Assembly (NCBI RefSeq): GCF_001194135.2
Contig: NC_068994.1
Span: 12,908,002 to 12,972,001, forward strand
Source: Octopus bimaculoides
Lineage: Eukaryota
Reading direction: 5' to 3'
Length of the DNA: 64,000 nt
The position numbers and the translations under genes are program-made. The first letter of the stretch is position 1. Each line of letters begins with the position of its first letter. The notes beneath the pieces are model-generated. The model did no database searches and was not told the origin of the DNA. It saw nothing but the letters and a program-made list of their open reading frames with translations. Shown here piece by piece: positions 1 through 12,237 of this stretch.

Positions 1-352
1 AAATGGGTTTTGTATGATCGTGTATAGAGGAATATATTATTTTATTTAAAAGAGTTCCAACTCTGTTTTTTATGTTTTATTTATATTCTTGTAAAATTAA
101 TGTGGGATATAGAATATGGAATATATAATTTATAATATAAAAATGGATGGTACAATGAAATGAAGTATTGAATGTCTTATTGAATATATGAAATATTGAG
201 TGTTCAATATAAAGAATTAAATATATATATATATACATAGGGATAAGTATATTGAAAGGGGTCCATGGGAAAACTGACTTCAATGAAAGGGTTGGGAACC
301 ACTGTTATATACTGTACGTCTGGCATTCTGACATGTCTTGTCCAATTTCTAG

Positions 353-502
353 CGCATTATTCCATTGGTTCTTCCTCCAATTGAGAGTCCTCGAAGAAGA
401 CGTCGTGTACGACATTTGAGGATTGATGCTGATACTTGTATTAACAAGAAAGATATACAATACAACATAGTAAATACAAGAGATATTGTGAGAAACATAC
501 AG
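353..502 (+). CDS. REC8: Rad21/Rec8 kleisin (probably REC8), internal exon: RIIPLVLPPIESPRRRRRVRHLRIDADTCINKKDIQYNIVNTRDIVRNIQ
   Basis: Acceptor TTTCTAG at 346-352 and donor CAG|GTAAAT at 503; 150 nt, phase 0-0. The basic run followed by L-x-I-D...I...(N)T-x-D-I-V resembles the central STAG/SA-binding segment of Rad21-family kleisins (RKRKLIVD...IRAQLSDYSDIV). Confidence 0.75.
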
Positions 503-1196
503 GTAAATATTAGTTTGTTATCTTATATTTGTGTTGAGGGATGTTAAAGATTATAAATTCCTTGCTCTTGCTATATTGTATTTTTTCAACACTTATTTTA
601 GTCATTGTACTACAGCCATGCTGGGGCACTGCCTTGAAGAGTTTTAGTTGAACAAATTGACCCCAGCACTTAAACTGTTTTTTTTTTCTTTTAAAGTCTT
701 GTAATTATTACTCTGTCACACATCTGTGGACTTCCACATAGTTTCCTATTTCTTCATTGCCCTCAAGGGGCTAAACATAGAGGGGACAAACAAGGACAGA
801 CAAAGGGATTAAGTCGATTACATCGACCCCAGTGCGTAACTGGTACTTAATTTATCGACCCCGAAAGGATGAAAGGCAAAGTCGACCTCGGCAGAATTTG
901 AACTCAGAATGTAACGGCAGACGAAATACCGCTAAGCGTTTCGCCCGGCGCACTAACGTTTCTGCCAGCTCACCGCCTTTAATTTCCACATAGTTTCCAT
1001 CTCCCAAATTCATTCACAAGGTATTGGTTGAGCCTGGGTAATAACAGAAGATGCTTATCCAAGGTGGCATGCAGTGGGGATGAACCCCCAAACCATGTGG
1101 TTGGGAAGCAAGCTTCCTAACCACACAGCCACACATGTGCCTATGATAATAAATCTAAAGTGATAGCATGAAATATAAATCTTCATCATTGTCACT

Positions 1197-1229
<33 letters not shown>

Positions 1230-1551
1230 TAACATCAGTTTTCTATACTGGCATGGGCTGGATTATGTGAGAGGATCCGGTGAGCCACAGGGCTGCCTCT
1301 TGCTCCATGTCAGCTTTGGCCAGCCCCTCTGCATCCTCCAAGACAACACCAAGCCTCTGGAGAATTTCCTCAATCACTTCCTGCCATCTGGTGTTGGGCC
1401 TGCCACAGGATCCCTTTAAACCCACTGCTGCTGTGTCAAACGAGAGTAAGGCCCTGGTAGAATGATCCCAGCAGATCATCCTATCAAACTTTTCAACTAC
1501 AAATGATTATTTAGTCACATTTTAAACCGCTACTATCTCCTGTTTTGATAG

Positions 1552-1624
1552 GATGTTCAAGTAGGCCATCCCCTTCTGCTAGCCAGTACAACCAAAGAAC
1601 TCTTTAAGAATCCTGCCAGAAAAG
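1552..1624 (+). CDS. REC8: REC8-like exon: DVQVGHPLLLASTTKELFKNPARK
   Basis: TTTTGATAG acceptor and AAAG|GTAAGA donor; open only in the frame that continues the previous exon (phase 0 to 1). ELFxxPA matches the kleisin 'LF..PA' motif. Confidence 0.75.
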
Positions 1625-3174
1625 GTAAGAAATATTTGGCAATATATTTCAGTAGTATTTAGTTTATTAATGTTGTATTCTTTGAACCATATATACAGGG
1701 AGAAGGTATTAAATACTCTGCCCTTGTGTAGGGCGCATTCAAGCCTAGAGTGGTCTATCTGGATTGTTAACTTTCCAGTGGCTTGAAGTTCATTAATCAT
1801 CATCATCATCGTCGTCATTTAACGTCTGCTTTCCATGCTAGCATGGGTTGGACGATTTGACTGAGGACTGGTGAAACCAGATGGCTACACCAGGCTCCAA
1901 TCTGATTTGGCAGAGTTTCTACAGCTGGATGCCCTTCCTAACGCCAACCACTCCGAGAGTGTAGTGGGTGCTTTAACGTGCCACCTGCACGAAGGCCAGT
2001 CAGGCGGTACTGGCAACGGTCACACTCGAAATGGTGTATTTTATGTGCCACCTGCACAAGAGCCAGTCCAGGGGCACTGGCAACGATCTCGCTCGAAAGT
2101 CCTTACACATGCCACGGGCACAAGTGCCAATGTGCTTTTGAATTCCTCAGGAATAAAAATGAGTAATAAACAGGTGACGAACGAATATATAGTGCATGTG
2201 TTTATTTGGCAAAAAAAAAGAAAAAAATTACCATCCTGAAATATAACAATAAAAAATATTCCTTATTGGAAAACAGGTGTGAATTGGTGACAGAAAGAGC
2301 ATCTGGCTGTAAAATTCCTGCCTCAGTTTTCTCACATATAAGGAATGCTAGCATGGTAAAACAGACATTAGATGGAATAAATGTGTGAGTGTGCATGATG
2401 ATAAAACTTGCTGTTAATTTGGTCTCAAGACCTATGAATTTGAAGTCAAATAACATGCAAGAGAGCTTCTATATTATAAAAAGGATATCTGATTTTTAAT
2501 TAGTACGTTGTTGGCACTCCGCCACTTACGATGTCGAGGGTTCCAGTTGATCTGATCAACGGAACAGCCTGCTTGTGAAATTAATGTGCAAGTGCCTGAG
2601 CACTCCACAGACACGTGTACCCTTAACGTAGTTCTTGGGGATATTCAGTGTGACACAATGTGACAAGGCTGACCCTTTGAATTACAGGCACAATAGAAAC
2701 AGGAAGAAAGAGTGAAAGTTGTGGTGGAAGAGTACAGCAGGGTTCGCCACCATCCCCTGCCGGAGCCTTGTGGAGCTTTAGGTGTTTTTGCTCAATAAAC
2801 ACTCACAACACCCGGTCTGGGAATCGAAACCGCGATCCTATGACCGCGAGTCCGCTGCCCTAACCACTGGGCCATTGCACCTCCACAATTAGTATGTAAC
2901 ATTTACTCAAAGCACTTTTGAAGCTCTCATACCCTTCCCTCTATGCCTTCATGTATTTCTCTCTCCTGTTATTTCATTTAATGCTTTTCGTTCTTTTCCC
3001 TTGCATGCTGTTACTTTCACTTCCTTTCTTTTCCAATACTCTCTCTTTCTCTCTTTCCTCTAGTCAATTGTTTTTATTAGGAATACTAGAAAAATAACCA
3101 TCCTTCAAGCAGTGTTCTGCTAGTAGAAATAAGCACAGAAAGATTGATTTACATATTTTAAAAATTATTTTCAG

Positions 3175-3291
3175 CGCTAAAACATAAGCTTTTGTTTCCA
3201 CTTTGGGAAAGAAACTTAAAACAAGTTGATGATTTCAGTGAAACAGAATCAGATCAGAAAAGACCTATGTTTTGTGTACCAGAACTAGTGT
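3175..3291 (+). CDS. REC8: REC8-like exon: (A)LKHKLLFPLWERNLKQVDDFSETESDQKRPMFCVPELV
   Basis: ATTTTCAG acceptor and GT|GTGAGT donor; 117 nt, phase 1-1, open. Supplies the L..LW.R.L motif expected after LF..PA. Confidence 0.7.
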
Positions 3292-3450
3292 GTGAGTATT
3301 TTGGCTGTTCCATTATGTTTTAACAAGAATTTGTTGGATTCAAAGTAGATAAAGCTATGAAGATTGAGTTAAAAGCCCTCACCCTGGATAGAAATAAAAA
3401 TTGGGAGGTTTCCCATAGGATTTGAAATTATATTTTTGTAACTACGACAG

Positions 3451-3528
3451 ATGATCTGCCAATGAACCAAAGCAATCATTTGAAACATTATATCTATTTT
3501 AGAAGCTTTGTTCCTGCTAGTGAGGATT
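3451..3528 (+). CDS. REC8: Possible REC8 exon (symmetric, skippable): (Y)DLPMNQSNHLKHYIYFRSFVPASED
   Basis: ACGACAG acceptor and TT|GTATGT donor; 78 nt, phase 1-1, open. No recognisable homology, and the gene model works without it. Confidence 0.4.
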
Positions 3529-4480
3529 GTATGTTCTTTATATCATAAGAAATAATAGGATGTGAATATTGGATAATATATATGTATATATATATATATA
3601 TATATATTTATAGATATATATATTTATAGATATATATATATATTTATAGATATATATATATTTATAGATATATGTATATACATACACATACACACACAGT
3701 GAAAGAGAGAGAGAGATCATGAGATTTCAGCTGTTCAGTTATTTGAATATAGTATGTACTAAATATGAAGAAAAATAAGCTTAATTTTAAATTCACACTT
3801 CTTTATCAACACAAAATTCAAATTGTGTAAAATATTATTGTATATGCATATATTTTATTCAACACTACTATTTAATACATTCCATCTTGACCAAACTTTA
3901 TGCACATCAGCAAATTTATTGTGTGCTGTTTTCACATATCAGAACTGTTGTTCTGATAAAGCTGTGAAAGATGAATTTGGTATTTCTGGCTGATGATACA
4001 TAACAATGCAGAAATGCATGCATCCTACAATCAGGTGACATCATTCATAGCCCCATGTGTTTCCACACATGTTAAGAGGAGATATTTCTCCTGAGACTAT
4101 TTCCACAGAGCAAGGTTTTCCTCAAAAGATTTAGTCAAATAAATCAACCCCACTACTTATGTTTTTTTGTTTTTAAAGTCTGGTACTTATTCTAGCAGTC
4201 TCCTTTGCTAGACCACCAAGTTACAAGAATATAAACAAACCAACACTGGTTGTTAAGTGATGGTGGAGATAAACACAAAGACACACACATATTTAACAGG
4301 CTTCCACACAGTTTCTGTCTATCAAATTCACTCACAAGGTATTGATCAGCTTGTGCAGTGGTATGTCCAGTAAGTTCGCTGTCATCAATTCAAACACAAC
4401 TTTGAATAATGTAAATGTGGTGTGATGGAGGAAAAAGACAACAAGAAGCAAAAGGACAGAATGAAACGCTAGGACCTTAC

Positions 4481-4680
4481 CTTGTCAACCGCGGCGGAGT
4501 AAACGATGCTCCAAATCAAAACACGTCTTCCTCGTAAGCTCTCTGTCTTCTGACTGCCGCCACGTGCTGGCATTTGACAGCGTGTGCCCGACTTCCGGTC
4601 TGGCTTCACTTCCGTTTGCTTCATCTCTCTCCACCAACAACACATAGCTCATCACAGCCCATAACACCACAGTAAACTTG
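4481..4680 (-). promoter_or_regulatory. Candidate antisense promoter/first exon inside a REC8 intron
   Basis: CpG-rich patch with two ETS-type motifs (CCGGAAGT at 4591-4598, ACGGAAGTG at 4607-4615), a CACGTG E-box at 4561-4566 and a strong minus-strand donor CAAG|GTAAGG at 4480. Confidence 0.45.
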
Positions 4681-5914
4681 AATTTTGTGTTGATTTATGT
4701 TGTAAGGAAGTGTGAATTTAAAACAGCTTATTTTTCTCGTCTATTTAGTACATACTATGTTTTAACCTAAAAGATAAAATATCTGATTGCACTTTTTGAT
4801 CTCCATTATTTTAATTATTAATGGTGAGATACTATACTCTTACTCTTTACTCTTTTACTTATTTCAGTCATTTGACTGCAGCCATGCTGGAGCACCACCT
4901 TTAGTCAAACAAATCGACCCCAGGACTTATTCTTTGGAAGCCTAGTACTTATTTTATCGGTCTCTTTTGCCAAACCGCTAAGTTACGGGGACATAAACAC
5001 ACCAGCATCGGTTGTCAAGCAATGTTGGGGGGGGCAAACACAGACACACAAACACACACATACACACACACACANNNNNNNNNNNNNNNNNNNNNNNNNN
5101 NNNNNNNNNNNNNNNNNNNNNNNNNNNNNNNNNNNNNNNNNNNNNNNNNNNNNNNNNNNNNNNNNNNNNNNNNNNNNNNNNNNNNNNNNNNNNNNNNNNN
5201 NNNNNNNNNNNNNNNNNNNNNNNNNNNNNNNNNNNNNNNNNNNNNNNNNNNNNNNNNNNNNNNNNNNNNNNNNNNNNNNNNNNNNNNNNNNNNNNNNNNN
5301 NNNNNNNNNNNNNNNNNNNNNNNNNNNNNNNNNNNNNNNNNNNNNNNNNNNNNNNNNNNNNNNNNNNNNNNNNNNNNATATATATACATATACATATATA
5401 CGATGGGCTTCTTTCAGTTTCCATCTATCAAATCCACTCACAAGGCTTTGGTCGGCCCGAGGCTATAGTAGAAGACACTTGCCCAAGGTGCCACACAGTG
5501 GGACTGAACCCGGAACCACGTGGTTGGTAAGCAAGCTACTTACCACACAGCCACTCCTGGATATATTTTCTCAGTAAACTTTCCTCATATTCAACTTTCT
5601 TCATGGTGAATTGATAGTAGTGAACTTACCTGTAATCATGCAGTGAAACTGAACCTGAAACCACGTGGTTGCAAAGCAACCTGCCCAGGAGCACAATATG
5701 CTGACTGCTGTAGGGATTTGAACCTGCAACTTTGTGATTATCATCCTATTTTTGAACTAGCAGCTTTGTGTCACAGAATCAGAAGCAATCTGAGGAGGGT
5801 TGGTTAATATGAAACACTTGAATTAAAATCTTTACAATCATCACTTGTTGAATATGAATCATTCTGTGTCTTTGTACAACTTATTTATTAATTTCTGCTT
5901 CTTTTATCGTTTAG

Positions 5915-5955
5915 TGACCTCTGATTCCTCAACTCCCAGGTCTGATCAACCACAG
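5915..5955 (+). CDS. REC8: REC8-like exon: (L)TSDSSTPRSDQPQ
   Basis: Polypyrimidine tract ending TTTAG and CAG|GTATGT donor; phase 1 to 0 links the flanking exons. Confidence 0.65.
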
Positions 5956-6059
5956 GTATGTTAATTTTTTAATCTTTCAATCCGAAATATAATCAATGTT
6001 TTGCTATGCTTTTGATACTTTCAACACTTGTTTCTTACCTTTGAGAATTAGAAATTCTT

Positions 6060-6440
6060 TCATGGGCAAGCGAAAGCGAAATTGTGATGGCATCTGTGCC
6101 TAGCAACGCCTTTCTGGCACTTGTGCCCATGGCATGTGTAAGGACTTTCGAGCGAGATCGTTGCCAGTGCCCCTGGACTGGCTCTTGTGCGGGTGGCACA
6201 TAAAATACACCATTTCGAGCGTGGCAATTGCCAGTACCACCTGACTGGCCTTTGTGCGGGTGACACGTAAAAGCACCCACTACACTCTTGGAGTGGTTGG
6301 CGTTAGGAAGGGCATCCGGCTGTAGAAACTCTGCCAAATCAGATTGGAGCCTGGTGTAGCCATCTGGTTTCACCAGTCCTCAGTCAAATCGTCCAACCCA
6401 TGCTAGCATGGAAAGCGGACGTTAAACGACGATGATGATT
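6060..6440 (+). mobile_element. SINE family D (GGTTGGCGTTAGGAAGGGCATCC core, GAT-repeat tail)
   Basis: Near-identical copies at about 1798-2129(-), 8672-9035(-), 11315-11658 and 11730-12100(-), 27307-27348(+), 28982-29275(-), 30605-30875(+), 52990-53122(+), 55955-56350(-), 61516-61746(-), 63723-63901(-). Older copies at about 15943-16085, 21000-21160, 42920-43120, 49108-49290, 49585-49720, 61262-61495. Confidence 0.9.
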
Positions 6441-6808
6441 GCACTGTGGCCATGCTGGAGCACCATATTGAAAGGTTTCAGTTAATTATATCAATCTCAC
6501 TAATTCCTAAGCTCATATCTTACGACGATCAACTTTGCCTTTCTTTCTAAATAACAGCCTGTTAAAAATAGCGTGGGTTAAAAATCCTTTTGGAATAAAA
6601 ACGGTTGAAGGCTGCCTGTGAGACACAAATACACAGGACAGACATTCTACCTTTGTACCAAAACAATCCTTCAAATACCTCTATTTTAGAAATTTTATTC
6701 TTACCGGCAAGAACTGCTTGTTGGAATTTTTTTTTTTCCTCCACAAAAACTGTTTTAAACATATGAAAAAATGATGATGTCTGAATGTTAAGCTTTTGTT
6801 TCTTGTAG

Positions 6809-6957
6809 GACATTTCATCTGTAGAGTTACCTCGGCCGTCATCTGATGTTAGTGACCGTCAAAGGTCAAGCGTAGCTGACAGAAGTGTGACTCCTGTCAG
6901 TCTTAAAACTGGAAGATTGACAGATTCTTTGCATGAAAGCACTCCTAGGAAAAAAAG
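6809..6957 (+). CDS. REC8: REC8-like exon: DISSVELPRPSSDVSDRQRSSVADRSVTPVSLKTGRLTDSLHESTPRKK(R)
   Basis: TTTCTTGTAG acceptor and AAG|GTAAAA donor; phase 0 to 2, open, Ser/Thr/Arg-rich linker. Confidence 0.7.
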
Positions 6958-7139
6958 GTAAAAACATATATATGGCTGTGTGGTAAGAAGCTTGCTTTCC
7001 AACCACACGGTTCCGGGTTCAATCCCATTGCGTAGTACCTAGAACAAGTTTCTTTTTCTATAGCCTTGGGCTGACTAAAGTGTTGTGAGTAGATCTGGTA
7101 GAAGGAAACTGAAAGAAGCCCATCATATATATATATATA

Positions 7140-7487
7140 TATGAATAATAACAATAAATGGAGCAAAACGCATATAAATAAAATTTCCTTTAATTCCTAC
7201 ACCTGTTTCAAAATGTATGTGTACTCTACTCCAAAGTAAGAGCTGCTGGAATTCCACATGTATTCATCGTGGAATGAGGTAACTTACGAGTTATAACTCA
7301 TAAGTTACCTCATCATTTCGCATTTGTCTTGCTTCTATATGTTGTTTCCCTGACGATGAATATATGTGGAATTCCAGCAGCTCTTACTTCTTTGGAGTAG
7401 TGGCACATATATTTTGAAACATATGTAGGAATTAAAGGAACTTTTATTTATATGTGTTTTGCTCCATCTATTGTTATTATTCATATC
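7140..7487. repeat. Long inverted repeat (about 130-bp arms) with an inner hairpin at 7277-7312
   Basis: 7140-7270 is the reverse complement of about 7354-7487. The inner sequence GAGGTAACTTACGAG/CTCATAAGTTACCTC also pairs. Confidence 0.85.
7346..7431 (+). ncRNA. Hammerhead-like motif with an extended stem II
   Basis: TTCC-CTGACGA-TG-AATATATGTG...CACATATATT-TT-GAAA-CATATGT-A-GGAA. It has a 10-bp stem II, a palindromic stem III (ACATATGT) and a 4-bp stem I. Confidence 0.4.
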
Positions 7488-9236
7488 TACTCAAAATGCA
7501 TCACTTCAACTTGGTATCTCTACCTATAAAACTGGTGTGATATCCTGTTTTTTTGTGTGATTTTTGCTACCCATGGTAACTATTAACATATTTACATTGT
7601 CAAAGTATTTTTTAACTGAGATAATATTAATATATATNNNNNNNNNNNNNNNNNNNNNNNNNNNNNNNNNNNNNNNNNNNNNNNNNNNNNNNNNNNNNNN
7701 NNNNNNNNNNNNNNNNNNNNNNNNNNNNNNNNNNNNNNNNNNNNNNNNNNNNNNNNNNNNNNNNNNNNNNNNNNNNNNNNNNNNNNNNNNNNNNNNNNNN
7801 NNNNNNNNNNNNNNNNNNNNNNNNNNNNNNNNNNNNNNNNNNNNNNNNNNNNNNNNNNNNNNNNNNNNNNNNNNNNNNNNNNNNNNNNNNNNNNNNNNNN
7901 NNNNNNNNNNNNNNNNNNNNNNNNNNNNNNNNNNNNNNNNNNNNNNNNNNNNNNNNNNNNNNNNNNNNNNNNNNNNNNNNNNNNNNNNNNNNNNNNNNNN
8001 NNNNNNNNNNNNNNNNNNNNNNNNNNNNNNNNNNNNNNNNNNNNNNNNNNNNNNNNNNNNNNNNNNNNNNNNNNNNNNNNNNNNNNNNNNNNNNNNNNNN
8101 NNNNNNNNNNNNNNNNNNNNNNNNNNNNNNNNNNNNNNNNNNNNNNNNNNNNNNNNTAGATCAATGTGTGTGTCTGTATTTTCCCTCACCTCCCCACCAG
8201 GATCCTCCCTGATCCAATTGACCAGTGCTCCACAACTTTTTTTCACTTGTGGAACACTTATATTCTTTTCAAAATCCAGTGGCACACCTAAACTAAAAAT
8301 ATAACTAAAAGTATGGGGGAAAACATTATATTCAGGTTACACTGTGGTACACCTAGCTTCGTCTCGTGGCACACTAGTGTGCTGTGGCATACCAGTGGCA
8401 GAGCACTGAAACAGACTCATAATGCTGGTTTCCTGGATACTGTGACATATAGACTCCACCCACCAACGAGACACTGGTCTACCACATGATCACTCATTTT
8501 GGGCAACTGAGTAGACTGCAGCCACATGAAATGAAGTGTTTTGCTCAGGGACACAACACACCACCCAATCCAGGAATCAAAACTATAATCTTACAATCAT
8601 GTGTCTGATACCCTAACCACTAATCCACACACTTCCACTAGGGCAAAAGTGACCGCAGCAGAATTTGAATTCATCATCATCATCATCATCGTTTAACGTC
8701 CGCTTTCCAAACTAGCATGGGTTGGACGATTTGACTGAGGACCAGGCTCCAGGCTGATTTGGCAGAGTTTCTACAGCTGGATGCCCTTCCTAACGCCAAC
8801 CACTCCAAGTGTGTAGTGGGTGCTTTTACGTGCCACCGGCACGAAGGCCAGTCAGGCGGTACTGGCAACGGCCACGCTCAAATGGTGTATTTTATGTGCC
8901 ACCTGCACAAGAGCCAGTCCAGGGGCACTGGCAACGATCTTGCTTGAATGTCTTTACACATGCCACGGGCACAAGTGCCAGAAAGGCGATGCTGGGCACA
9001 GGTGCCATCCCAATTTCGCTTTCACTTGCCCCAATAAGTCTTCGCAAGCTGAGTTTCGTGTCCAACATGAAAGAACCAGAAGAAATGTTGCTTAGCATTT
9101 TGTCCAATATACTAACAATCCTGCCAGCTTGACCTCAGTAGATTAATAAAATAAGTTACCATCATGTACTGGTTTATATGCCTTCCTTCTTGAGAAATTT
9201 ATGTGTTTTTTGCCAATGTAAAAAAGAATTATCATA

Positions 9237-9622
9237 GGCGCAGGAGTGGCTGTGTGGTAAGTAGCTTACTTACCAACCACATGGTTCCGGGTTCAGTCCC
9301 ACTGTGTGGCACCTTGGGCAAGTGTCTTCTACTATAGCCTCGGGTTGACCAAAGCCTTGTGAGTGGATTTGGTAGACGGAAACTGAAAGAAGCCCGTCAT
9401 ATATATGTGTGTTTGTGTGTCTGTGTTTGTCCCTCCAACATCGCTTGACAACCGATGCTGGTGTGTTTACGTCCCCGTAACTTAGCGGTTCGGCAAAAAA
9501 GAGACCGATAGCATAAGTACTAGGCTTACAAAGAATAAGTCCTGGGTGTCGATTTTCTCGACTAAAGGCGGTGCTCCAGCATGGTCGCGCAGTCAAATGA
9601 CTGAAACAAGTAAAAGAGTAAG
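9237..9622 (+). mobile_element. SINE family A (tRNA-like head, CORE-like ACCTTGGGCAAGTG segment, internal TA/TG tract), full-length copy
   Basis: Head GGCGCAGGAGTGGCTGTGTGGTAAG...GGGTTCAGTCCC and tail AAACAAGTAAAAGAGT. Other copies at about 1000-1140(-), 4835-5540(-), 6965-7135(+), 18520-18830(+), 23608-23905(+), 26785-26960(+), 48285-48612(+), 54495-54640(+), 56375-56460(-), 58856-59335(-). Confidence 0.9.
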
Positions 9623-9670
9623 AGTATCATTGCTGGTAAGCGATGTTCATTGTATACATTGCAATTTCAG

Positions 9671-9859
9671 GAAAACCAAAAGCCTGAGTGAAGAAGAGAC
9701 AACCCAAATTGAACAACTTTCAATCCAGCAACTTGATGAGGAGCTGTATCCTTTAGTTGAAGAAATACCTCTGGATTTACCCAGCATATCAATATCTCCT
9801 GTGAAATCGGATGAAGACAAAACCCCTAAATTTAGGCACCTTCAAGATTATATTGTAAT
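9671..9859 (+). CDS. REC8: REC8-like exon: KTKSLSEEETTQIEQLSIQQLDEELYPLVEEIPLDLPSISISPVKSDEDKTPKFRHLQDYIV(M)
   Basis: ATTTCAG acceptor and AT|GTAAGA donor; 189 nt, phase 2-2, acidic linker. Confidence 0.75.
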
Positions 9860-10055
9860 GTAAGACGTATAACCTTGTTATTTGTTGTTTCCATGTCTCA
9901 CATTTTTTGTTGTTAATTTATCTTCATCTAATCTTTTAAGAGGACTGTTGCTAAAGTTCTCGTTAGTGAGAAAATATGTGTCCTCCTCTTTAGCATGATG
10001 TCTGTTTTCATCCTTCTATCATTGTTTGACTTTTAACCCTTTAGTATTCAGCTTA

Positions 10056-10734
10056 TGTGGAGGCGCAATGGCCCAGTGGTTAGGGCAGCGAACTCGCGGT
10101 CGAAGGATCGCGGTTTCAATTCCCAGACCGGGCGTTGTGAGTGTTTATTGAGCAAAAACACCAAAAGCTCCACGAGGCTCTGGCAGGGGATGGTGGCGAA
10201 CCCTGCTGTACTCTTCCACCACAACTTTCTCTCACTCTTTCTTCCTGTTTCTGTTGTGCCTGTAATTCAAAGGGTCAACCTTGTTGCACTGTGTCACGCT
10301 GAATATCCCCCGAGAACTACGTTAAGGGTACACGTGTCTGTGGAGTGCTCAGCCACTTGCACGTTAATTTCACGAGCAGGCTGTTCCGTTGATNNNNNNN
10401 NNNTTCAATTCCCAGACCGGGCGTTGTGAGTGTTTATTGAGCAAAAACACCAAAAGCTCCACGAGGCTCTGGCAGGGGATGGTGGCGAACCCTGCTGTAC
10501 TCTTCCACCACAACTTTCTCTCACTCTTTCTTCCTGTTTCTGTTGTGCCTGTAATTCAAAGGGTCAACCTTGTTGCACTGTGTCACGCTGAATATCCCCC
10601 GAGAACTACGTTAAGGGTACACGTGTCTGTGGAGTGCTCAGCCACTTGCACGTTAATTTCACGAGCAGGCTGTTCCGTTGATCGGATCAACTGGAACCCT
10701 CGACGTCGTAAGCGACGGAGTGCCAACAACAACA
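10056..10734 (+). mobile_element. SINE family C (tRNA-like head GGCGCAATGGCCCAGTGGTTAGGGC, CAA tail), with a segment artefactually doubled across a 10-N gap
   Basis: A-box and B-box head; 10-bp TSD ATTCAGCTTA at 10046-10055 and 10735-10744. Another copy lies at 2508-2886(-). Confidence 0.9.
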
Positions 10735-12237
10735 ATTCAGCTTACTCTGTCAAATGTAATGCTTATTTATTCACATTGTTTTTTTTTTTTAAATAATCCT
10801 GCATTATCTCCTAGCTTTGAGACTTTGATGATGTGGCTGTATATTTTCAGAATGACACTGTAGGGTAGGTGTAATAGGTCAGATCTGGTTAGTTTTAACA
10901 TAAAACAGATGGAATATTTAGATTACATATGATCAATTTAAATGCTAAATGGTTCATTAAAACATTAACAGTCCATAAAGTGTTCCCTCGGACAATTCAA
11001 CATAAGCTTAACTAATAAAAGATGTGAGAGTGAACAACGTCACATGATAGAGTCATGTTCATTGATTGGATGACATTTAATAAACAATGCTTTGTGTCGA
11101 GGCAACTGGAGTTGTCTCAGCCATCCTTTACCAGGTCTTTGAATTGTCATTGAACTTTGCCCTTTTCTAGGTAAGAGCATTAACCCTATGTAAACCCACT
11201 TTTTACCTCTGGGAAGAGGTAGTCCATGTTAGTCTGACTTCTATTTTTTGACCTGTCCAGCAGGAAAGTCCCCCAACAGGAGCTTGCTCTCCACCAGCAT
11301 AGCTCTCAGGGTCATTCATCATCATCATCATCATCACCGTTTAACGTCCGCTTTCCATGCTAGCATGGGTTGGACGATTTGACTGAGGACTGGTGAAACC
11401 AGATGGCAACACCAGGCTGCAATCTGATTTGGCAGAGTTTCTACAGCTGGATGCCCTTCCTAACGCCAACCACTCTGAGAGTGTAGTGGGTGCTTTTACG
11501 TGTCACCCGCACGAAGGCCAGTCAGGCGGTACTGGCAACGGCCACGCTCAAAATGGTGTATTTTATGTGCCACTCGTACAAGAGCCAGTCCAGGGGCACT
11601 GGCAACGATCTCGCTCGAAAATCCTTACACATGTCACGGGCTCAAGTGCCAGAAAGGCNNNNNNNNNNNNNNNNNNNNNNNNNNNNNNNNNNNNNNNNNN
11701 NNNNNNNNNNNNNNNNNNNNNNNNNNNNNTCATTCATCATCATCATCATCATCACCGTTTAACGTCCGCTTTCCATGCTAGCATGGGTTGGACGATTTGA
11801 CTGAGGACTGGTGAAACCAGATGGCAACACCAGGCTGCAATCTGATTTGGCAGAGTTTCTACAGCTGGATGCCCTTCCTAACGCCAACCACTCTGAGAGT
11901 GTAGTGGGTGCTTTTACGTGTCACCCGCACGAAGGCCAGTCAGGCGGTACTGGCAACGGCCACGCTCAAAATGGTGTATTTTATGTGCCACTCGTACAAG
12001 AGCCAGTCCAGGGGCACTGGCAACGATCTCGCTCGAAAATCCTTACACATGTCACGGGCTCAAGTGCCAGAAAGGCGACGCTGGGCACAGGTGCTATCCC
12101 ACACTGTAACAAGGACTGCATCTTGTGATGGATTTCAGTCATATCAAGGGCTATATGACATACCATCACAACCCTGTTTTTCTACTGTCATTTATTGTGT
12201 TTAAATATTTTAAAAACTTGTTTAAATCATTCTACAG

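Noticed and set aside
8157-8335. Possible REC8 exon after the gap
   Set aside because: All frames hit stops before the candidate donor, and the flanking exons already join in phase 2.
10123-12100. Apparent tandem duplications at 10123-10393/10404-10683 and 11315-11658/11730-12078 (also 42577-42627/42638-42683)
   Set aside because: These are identical copies abutting short N-gaps, the pattern of unmerged contig overlaps. The single TSD pair around the family-C element supports one insertion.
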